Program-made: the position numbers and the translations under genes | Source: Amphiscolops sp. MND2022 | Taxonomy: Eukaryota | Direction: 5' to 3' | Assembly: GCA_964187785.1 (NCBI GenBank) | Contig: OZ076409.1 | Span: 86,428,001 to 86,492,000 of the forward strand | DNA length: 64,000 nt | Part shown: one piece after another, positions 36,891-46,062 of the stretch | How positions within the stretch are numbered: position 1 is the first letter of the stretch | Layout: each line of letters starts with the position of its first letter | The notes under the pieces: generated by a model | What the model was told of the DNA's origin: nothing | Seen by the model: only the letters and a program-made list of their open reading frames with translations | The model's database searches: none

Positions 36891-39800
36891 GAACCCCTAA
36901 CGTAGTGGCAGCTTGCACTGGGGGTGATTTATTCATTGAGATCGCTGCCTGTATCATTTCTAGCCAGCAAAAATTTCTTATAGACACAGGATCAATGGTG
37001 TCCATTGTTAAACCCAATTTAATCCATCCAGTTACTATTCTGCCTTCCAACGCAGTCCTATCCACCATTAAAGGTGACGCGTTGAACGTTTACGGAAAAG
37101 TTACTATACCAATTGAAATCCCTTCCTTACGACGGTGCATCAGCCATACCTTTTTTGTCGCTGACGTGTCGTGTAATATTCTTGGTATTGATTTCTTGTC
37201 GTCTACGAACGATTTCTCAATTGATTGCAAAAACGGCCGCCTCAAGGATAACACAACATTGTTGTCTACTGCAACTCAATTTAAAAAGTGCAACCACGTC
37301 TCTGTGAACAAAGTTGAGACAGTGATACCTGATATCGGAAACGACGAGCTGAAATCAATGATGATCAAAAATGCAGAAGTTTCCGGTGATGTTGATTTCA
37401 ACAGCACAGCTCAACACCAAACGCTACATCGTATTGAACTGACGGGTAAAGGCCCGTATGGCAGCCCGAGGCGTTTGTGCCCCGAGAAATACAGGATCGC
37501 CAAACAGTGTTTCGATTCCATGATAGCAACAGGGATATGTCGTCCATCATGCTGCCAATATGCCTCCCCATTGCATATGGTACCTAAAAAGGAACCTAAC
37601 GATTGGAGGCCTTGTGGAGATTACCGACGATTAAATTCAGTCACTAAAAGGGATTTCTACCCCCTTCCACAACTATCGGATTTCAATCTTTATGGCAAAA
37701 AAGTTTTTAGTAAGTTAGACTTAGTAAAAGCATACCATCAGATACCAGTACATCCCGATGACATAGAGAAAACTGCTGTGACAACACCGTTTGGTCTTTT
37801 TGAATTTCTACGAATGCCATTTGGTCTCCGAAATGCAGGACAGACATTCCAACGCTTCATGAACACAGTTTTCCAAGGATAAGATATGGTTTTCACCTTC
37901 GTGGACGACGTCCCAATTGCATCAGACGATATAACGACTCACTTGAAAGACATCGAAACGGTATTGGAACGCCTGAAGCAATACGGACTGCGCTGCTCTA
38001 TAAAGAAATGCGAATGGATGAAAAATGAGATCGAATTCCTCGGATTTTTGATCACTGCTGAAGGTTTACAACCCAAAGCGGACAAAGTCGAAGCTATTCA
38101 ACGATGGCCGTGTCCCACGAGTTACAAAAGTTTGCAAAGTATGATGGGAATGTTCTCTTTTTATCGACAACATGTTCCTCATTATGCAGAAATAGTCGAA
38201 CCTCTCCAAACGTTGCTCAATGATAGTCAGTTATCCCGTACTTCAAATTCGACTATCGACACACCACTGCGTTGGGAACCCTTCCACGATGACGCTTTGA
38301 TATTATTGAAGAACAAACTTTCTGAACGTACCATGTTACACAATTTGTCTCCAGATGGTACTCTCACTCTCACTACTGATGCTTCTGACAGAACAATTGG
38401 CGGAGTCTTACACGACAACAGAACGGACGGGACAAACGTGCCTCTAGCATTCTTTTCACGAAAATTATCTGTCGCAGAACGCAATTATTCTGCTTTTGAT
38501 AAAGAACTTTTAGCAATTTTTGCCGCAACACAGAAATTTCGACGGTTTATTGAAGGTCGTTACTGTGTCGTTTTTACCGACCACAAACCCATTGTTGCGT
38601 CCTTTCGAAAAACAACCGACCACTCCCCTCGACAATCCCGGCAGTTTTCGTTTTTGTCGGAATTTATTGACGACATTGTTCACATTGCTGGTGACAGCAA
38701 TGTGGTAGCTGATTGTCTATCACGTCCCGAAGAAGAAGAGAGTTGCGTACAACAGCCGAAACTTGTATCTGCTGTAACTTGTGACCCTTTCGACTTACAG
38801 GCAATCGCTGAAGCACAAACACAAGAGTTTAAGGAGGAAATGTGTCAGGTGTACAGTCAAGGCACCAAAATTGTTACTATTCCACCAGACATAAAATTAC
38901 TCTGCGATAATACTCTCATTCCCCGCCCAATAGTTCCACCAGAGTTACGGAGAAAACTGTTCCTCAACTTTCACAACATGTCACATCCGAACTGGAAGGC
39001 AACTAATAAACTAATTTCAGCAGGTTTCACCTGGCCGCATTTGGCTTCGGACGTGAAGGCTTGGTGCAAGGAATGTTTACACTGTCAGAAAAGCAACGTT
39101 ACACGACACACAATAACGCCTCCTGCATCAACCGCAGGTAATCCAGCCCGTTTCCAGCATTTACATTTGGACATAGTAGGTCCTCTGCCTGCAGTGTCGA
39201 ATTGCCCGAATAGATATATTCTTTCCTTCATCGATCGATCAACAAACTGGATAGAAGCAACTCCCATTAGTTCTATCACCGCAGAAGTCGTGGCTGAAAC
39301 ATTTATTTCTACTTGGTTTTCGCGGTTCGGAGTCCCACTCTACATTACTGCCGATCAAGGACGCCAGTTCGAATCTGATTTGTTCTCCGAATTATCCAAA
39401 TTGCTTGGTTTTGCACGTCTTCGTACTACACCTTATCACCCCCAAGCCAATGGTAAAATCGAAAGGTACCATCGAACTTTAAAAGCTTCTTTAACAGCCT
39501 CACCTTTACCGTGGACTCAAGCTTTACCGGTCGTTTTATTCAGTCATAGAATTCTGCCCAATGCTATGGGAATATCCCCTTTTCAACTGGTAACCGGATC
39601 GGATGCTTTTGTTCCCACTATTTTTGAAGAAAAACAAGGACATGCATTCACTCGTGATTACGTCTCTAAACTGGCCACGCATTTGCAGTTATTACAATTT
39701 ACAACACCTTCATTGACTCCTCATTCCGGTTCCAAGCAGTATGTTCCTCGGGACCTTCAGGAGTGCAGTCATGTTTGGCTACGAGTTGATCGTACCAGGC

Positions 39801-40156
39801 GTCCCTTGGAAGCACCCTATAGTGGTCCCTTTCCTGTTCTGGAACGCAATGATAAAACAATGTTGATACAATGCACAAACGGCCCTACCCGAGTGAGTTT
39901 AACCAGAGTTAAACCTTGCTACCTTCCATCAGAGCCACATATCAAACCAACTGTGGCAAAATTGTCAGAGGACAATGGGTCCTTTTGTTCTTGTGGGGGA
40001 CCTTTTAACACCGATATGATCGGCTGCGACGGTCCTAATTGTGTCATACAATGGTTTCATTTTCCGTGTGTAGGAGTTGACAAATCTCCTCAAGGCAAGT
40101 GGTTTTGTCCTACTTGCAGGGAACAACGAGTACAGAAAACCGTTTCATTCGCATGA
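36845..40156 (+). CDS. pol: Gypsy Pol (PR-RT-RNase H-IN-PHD) with one in-frame TAA at 37880-37882
   Basis: ORFs 36905 and 37886 share a frame. Motifs [82 protein letters not shown], then a PHD finger. Confidence 0.92.
39983..40117 (+). other. ING-type PHD finger (C4HC3) at the integrase C-terminus
   Basis: [45 protein letters not shown]; all eight zinc ligands are present. Confidence 0.92.
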
Positions 40157-40492
40157 TATATGTCAACACTCCGTTATTTCATGGGGGACCTCTGTAACCT
40201 ACCCACCCTGGATATCGGAAAAATTATTTCAATTCCAATTTTAGTCACCTATTTTTTTTAGACAACACATTATATTAAACGTATAATTCAAGCCGTGGTA
40301 TTGATGGGCAACAATGCATTGAGACAACTTATCATGATTACGTAATTACGTAGTAGTATGATGACTCATATGAGTCATTTCAGAAATCACCAGAAATCAG
40401 AAATGTGACCACACTTCAAAACGACACAAAGGATCGTTTTCAACCCATGGAATCACTTCTCTTCAAAAAACAGCACCAAACAGTCGGGAGAA

Positions 40493-41413
40493 ATGCAAAT
40501 CAGCTCACACGAAATGTCCCTTCTGCAACTCTACAGGACCGCCAAAATGCAGCTCGGAGGGATGTTACCAAACCTCGCCAATTTGACATTGATGTCTATT
40601 ACGCCGCAGAATGGAATGGTTGCTATTACACAGTCAACTGAGTTGTTCGCTCAAGTGCCGGTGGACAATGAGCAAATTGTTAGCAATCCTGCACCTAGAA
40701 CACTTCCCCGCAATCCGACACCACAGAAACAGCGTGAACACCACTTATCCAGCTCTTCGGATTCGAGCAGCAGTTCGTCCGAGACCGATTAAGAACCACC
40801 AACCGAAAGGCCGCAGAAGAAAAAGGACGGCAAGAAAGAACGGTCCTCGGCCGCCAAAGAATTGGCACGACCCCCAGCTAACGAGTGGCACAACAACCTG
40901 GTACCGCTGAATAAGCTGGCCAGCCTGTCCACATCGCAGATAAGCAAATTAGACGATGTCGACGATCAAATCCGTGACCTCACGCCGGAGATTGATGACA
41001 TCAACCTTCCCTTTCAAAGTGAAGGTTTAGCCAAAAAAGTGCCTCCAGGAGCCAAATTTGGTAATTGTGTTATTTCACGAAAGAGTGGCATGACAGGTTT
41101 TGAGATCAACAATATGTGCCGAGCCATGGGACGTTTCGCTGGTTTGAAGTACGACCAGATTGAAGCAAACGACAAGCCAAATTACATGACCCGAGCTACT
41201 TATGCTGCAGTGTTGGTTCACCGTCCGTGGTTGGTGGCGCAAATAATCGACATCCCGAGGTCAACATTGCGGAAAAGAGTCAAGGTTTTTGCGAAAAAAG
41301 TGATGGACCTGGCCAAGCAGACAACACTTGCTAATTTGATGCTTCGGTTGCGACTAACTGTAAACGACACCGATTACTTAGCTTCACTGATATCGGAAAA
41401 TGTTTCCCCATAA
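40493..41413 (+). CDS. Orphan ORF of about 306 codons inside the long LTR; one internal TAA at 40790-40792
   Basis: ORFs 40493 and 40862 are in the same frame and the intervening codons are open. Ser/acidic and basic linker, then a globular-looking C-terminal half; no recognised domain. Confidence 0.6.
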
Positions 41414-41422
41414 GCAGTGCAT

Positions 41423-41518
41423 CCGTCCAAAAGGAACGGCCAAAAGGAAAGGTACCGCCCAAAAGGAACGGCCAAAAGGAAAGGTACCGTCCAAAAGGAA
41501 CGGCCAAAAGGAAAGGTT
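41423..41518 (+). repeat. 3 x 32-bp tandem repeat in the LTR (also at 35810-35905)
   Basis: Unit CCG(T/C)CCAAAAGGAACGGCCAAAAGGAAAGGTA, located between the ORF stop and the TATA box. Confidence 0.9.
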
Positions 41519-42323
41519 TAATAGTGCCGTTTAGAATGTAATCCTGCCCTTTGGGACAATGATTTGGTATAAATAGAGTTGATTTCTTATCATTTATTCG
41601 TTATTAATTTAACCTTCATTCGAATCAGTCGTTATTCGACCCCACAGTAGCATCTACCTTTATCCTTAGAACTCTACTATCTGTGCTTTTTAGCCTTTCT
41701 TTATTTTATGTTTTATACTTGTGTTTTTTAGATAAACTGAAGATGATCTCATAAATGATCGAAAAGCTTCTTTTGAACACAATGCTTTTTCTCTTTCACG
41801 AAAATTTTGTAGTATTTTAGGACTTTTCGGCTTTATTTCGGCTGTTTTGCAATGAAAATAATTATATGTCATAACAGATACAGTCAACTCCTGTTAATTA
41901 GTATCCGAATAGTTCGGATCTTCGTTTAATTTCGGATGCATCCGAGACCCCCGTTTCAGGATGTCCGAAGGAATGCCATCTGGTCAGTTCGTATTTTTCA
42001 TCATTCGTACTATTTTATTCGGTCCCTAGCAATACGAATTAGGTGGATTCAACTATATCCAAAAATTGCCTTTGAGGTTCAACAGTGTTGCAATACAATT
42101 TCATGCATCCCTGAGCTAGTACATGACCTGATTCCCGCATCAAATAAATCTGTCTTTGTTGATATTGCTGTTTATGCAGCGATTAGTCCTTTCAAATTAT
42201 TGTATATTGAGTGTCAGCAATAATAGTGTTTTCAGTAGGCGCTTTTTGGTAGAAAGTGTAAGACTTACATTTTTTTCGTCAGTCACCCAGTAACGTCCAC
42301 TATTATAAATTTCATCGAACAAC

Positions 42324-42590
42324 GCCGGTAGCTAGCGGTTAACGCGGATTTCCAGGCCTGGTAACGAGGATTAGCAGCAGGAGCACATGGGTTCAAATCC
42401 CGGACTGAATTTTAATGCTCGCAAAATTTGAGGAGACACCATGCAGGGACCGGCAATTAGTAATTGGCTTTCCAATAATTGCAATTTAATTGGTTTCAAT
42501 GATTGTTTTGATGCTTCAGCCAATTATCAATTAATATGTGTCCCATGGTCCTTCTTTTGGGTTTTTTCGACACTATGCGACTCTTCCTGT
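42324..42590 (+). mobile_element. tRNA-derived SINE-like repeat, copy 1
   Basis: A box TAGCTAGCGGTTAA, B box GGTTCAAATCC; head and body (ending CACTATGCGACT) are shared with 60249-60410. Confidence 0.6.
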
Positions 42591-43049
42591 TTTTTTTTTA
42601 CCGGAGCCCTCCTTCGATTTTTGGCACAAACAGCGTATTGAGAGCATAGATAGCCCCTTAAGATTTTCGGCGCGATACGATTTAACGAAGAATTGTGGAA
42701 AAGGCCTATGGTTTTCCGATTACGGGAAGCACTGACTTTTCTTCCAACTGTTGTTCACTGGGGTCTCCTTCAATTTTTAGCAGAGACAATGTTCGGGAGC
42801 ATAGGTGGGCCTCCTAGGGCGTTTTCGGCACTTCGGGTGCGCCGGAAACGTTGTCGAATGCTTTCACAATGAACTAATGCGGTTTATTAGCAGCATTTGT
42901 AACTTTCTGCAGATATAGTGTTTTTAATGGATGAATTGACGACTTACTTTAGTGTTTTGACTGTATAATTTTAGTTCATTGTTGTACGCATCTACTTTAA
43001 AGAGGAGGACGCGGAGATTTATTGAATAGTTGGAATTGTTATTTTCCGC

Positions 43050-45975
43050 CAGGGATTGGAAAGCCATAATGGCCATAACCATATATGGCCATAAATATAG
43101 GGAAATTATTTATGGTACTGGGTTTAAAAATGGCCATTATTTATGGAAAGCCATCCATATATGGCACCCTATTTTCACTATATAATTTTAAAGTTTCATA
43201 ATGATCAACCAATAATTTTTCAACTTATAATTTTCAGATTGACATGGATCTCCAAAATAAATCAGTTGTTGAGTTCTTTTTCACTCCTGTTGGTGATGAC
43301 ATTTTCAAGTGCAGGGATAGGAAAAATTGATTGCAATTATTTTTTTATTTTTTAAGAGAACCAATCAATTAATTGAATTTGAGAAAAAATCAATCAATTA
43401 TTGCACTTTACAGCAAATAATTGGTTTCTTTCTCAGCTTGAGACAGAACATCATTAACTGTTCTTATGTCCCAAAATCGCTTATTTGTTCTTAAATATAA
43501 TTGTTCTTCGAGATTCGTCGGGTTCAATCGTTGCCGGAAATCACTCGATGCAATACCAGCGCTACTAAAAAACGTTCTAGAATGTTTGAAGTTGACAAAA
43601 TGAAGCGGGTATCGGCATATTTTGTCGATGGTGCTTGTTTCTTCTTGTTCAGAATCATGCTAGCAAAATCATCACAAGTATCTGGGACGTCTTCTTCCAC
43701 CACGATGTGCTTTCTGAGGTTTTTACATGCCAGTTGCTCGTCAATCGTCATTTCTTTTTCCTTACCATCCTGAATTTTCACTATTCCAGATTCGAAGTTG
43801 GGGCTTCTAATTATTCTCGCAGTGGGAGACAAATACTTGTCAGAACCATCAAGATCGGGGAATTTCCGTTTGATTTCATTGAAAAGAAGCCGGACGCAAG
43901 AAGCATCAGTACTCTCTCGTTGCAAAGCCATGGTAACTGAATCTAATGTCGCCAATTTTTGTTGAACTTCGGAAAATGTGGCATTTTCTTTCGGAGATGG
44001 AATGAATTCCAATGTTTTCTTCATCAAAGTACACCATAAATTATTTCAGCTGCATATAACGGTTTATCATTTGATGTGTGCTAGACCAACGTGTTATATT
44101 GGCTTGAATAGGTCTCAGTTGTGTGAATTGCCTCAAGGTTGTTGGCTTTCTTCGTAAGGCTGACGTAATTATCAATCCTCTGCTGCTTACCATCATCTTT
44201 GTCGTAGTCCGGGTGTTGGGTTTTTATGTGGTTCAGCAAGTTAGTCCAACCACTTCCTTTTTTTGCTTCATCTGCTTTTTGCATTGACATTGCCAAATGT
44301 CCGGCTCATCTACAGGCGCAGGCTGATGGAAGTATTGCATGCAGATGGCCTTAATTGGCTTGGATGTCATATCACAACCTGAAAATGTGAAAAAAAAGTT
44401 ATTCAACCCAAAGCTGCTTTGCATGACATTGAAAAATGAAAATGAAGCATTTCACTCAGACATGTCAGATTGTAGTGGAAACGAATTTTTCAATTAATTG
44501 ATACTTCACCAATCAATTATTCAATTATTGGTTTCGGGCCCAATCAATTAATTTTGCCAATTAATTGCAATTAAATTAATTGGCAATCAATTATTTCCAA
44601 TCCCTGTTCAAGTGTCTATGCAATAAACGGATCAAGCAAAGGCTACACCAATCTCATGAGTCACCTGAAGAATGTCCAAAAAGAAACTTGGGAGAACGAC
44701 TATAGGAAGTCAAAATTTTTCGGTGGATGGAATGGGTGATTCTAGAAGTTCGTGAGTTCAGTTTCGTTGAAAAACCTCTGGTGCGTAAGAATACCAAGTT
44801 GGAGCCCATTTGTCAAAAAACGCTCCAAATGTATATCGACTTAGTTACTGTTCAAGTGGAGGAAAAATTGCCGACGCTCTACCAAGCAACCTTGGAAATA
44901 TTGTGGATGGATGGTCGCAGCAAAGTTCAGCAGATCGATTTGTTGCATTTTATTGATAAATGTGATTCGGAAATCGCTGAGCTCCTCCGGAACCCTTCTG
45001 TAGAATTGAAGATACAAGATCTGATTGTCGATTTCACTGATATACAATCAGTCATGAATCTTATTTTGATAAGTTTTGCGGTCTGCTTTTGTTGCAAAAA
45101 CTGATGTTTCGAATGTTAATTAAATGCTTAGTTTGAGGCACCCGATGTTGATTGGTGGACTTGATCAAGTGAAAGCGAACAGAACAACAATTAGGTCGAA
45201 AACAAAACAAACAAAGGTGTGAGATTCATGATTCAAAGTTCGATATATTATGCAACAATGGAAAGTTCTCGTTTGAAATGTCAAGTACATGACTCAATCG
45301 GTAACTTTGAAACTTCAAGAAGAGTCTGTTACAATGGCAGAAGTTCGGCGCCTTTTCGATGCTCTCATTCTCAGGTTCCATTCCATGTGCAAGTATCTCA
45401 GTGAGCGTGCTGATGTTGTCGAAAATCGGCAATTCGAAGCGGCTGTTGTGAGGTCTTTTACGACTCCCTATGAAGACGTGAAATTGACTGAAAAAGTTCA
45501 TCTGGGACGTTTTAGTACACAGCGTGAATCCATTTCACCTGCAAGTCAGCCTGACACTGGTAACAAATCATTCACAGAGGCGGTCCTCCTGAACCCATTC
45601 CCGCATGTAAAACGATGAATAATTTGAATTGGGTCCCACTGACTTCCAATATTGTGGATAGAGTATTCACCAAAGTCAAAAATATCAGAACCCCATTGCG
45701 TAACGGAATCCTTCCAATTCATTTTGAGGAGAATTTGTATCTAGTTGTCAATCAAAAGTATTGGAACATTGATACTCTGTCCTAGGTTTTTCAATCTGAT
45801 TGATTGATTGATAATTCTGAAATTTGCTCTTCGATTTTTTTCAAGTTTGTTTCTGTAGACCATATATATGCCCAATATGGCCATTATTTATGGAAAAAGA
45901 GAAAAATATGTATATATTTGTGGTAGTGAAATTTCAGGTACCATATTTATGGCCATACCATAATTCCAATCCCTG
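43050..45975 (+). mobile_element. hAT DNA transposon (outer), degenerate transposase
   Basis: TIR CAGGGATTGGAA; 8-bp TSD TTTTCCGC at 43042-43049 and 45976-45983; ATGGCCATA subterminal repeats. ORF from ATG 43244 reads FKC|LCNK..KGYTNLMSHL, FSFVEKPLVRK, WVPLTSNIVDRVF. Confidence 0.9.
43312..44606 (-). mobile_element. hAT DNA transposon (inner, internally deleted), nested in opposite orientation
   Basis: TIR CAGGGAT(A/T)GGAAA; 8-bp TSD TTCAAGTG at 43304-43311 and 44607-44614; CAATTAATT subterminal repeats. Encodes WQCQCKK..GSGWTNLLNHIKTQH and RFILSTSNILERF. Confidence 0.9.
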
Positions 45976-46062
45976 TTTTCCGCCCACATATAATGGAGGA
46001 AAATCATGATCTGTGATGCGTTGTTTCCCAAATTCTGCGAAATCCCCTCCCAGTTCCTCCAT

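Larger units (their letters stand above)
35689..41646 (+). mobile_element. Ty3/Gypsy LTR retrotransposon, nearly intact, with PHD-integrase and an LTR-borne ORF
   Basis: LTR segments 35689-36040 and 41302-41646 differ by about 5 substitutions and one 7-bp indel. PBS, gag, PR-RT-RH-IN and a polypurine-tract (PPT)-like GGGGGA at about 40183 are present. No TSD because the 5' end appears to be lost. Confidence 0.95.
40193..41646 (+). repeat. Gypsy 3' LTR, 1454 bp
   Basis: Begins TGTAAC just after the PPT-like GGGGGA that follows the pol stop, and ends CCCACA. Only the last 345 bp are confirmed by the second copy. Confidence 0.65.

Noticed and set aside
41881-42290. pogo-like left end TA|CAGTCAACTC
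   Set aside because: No matching right TIR and no convincing transposase remnant were found.
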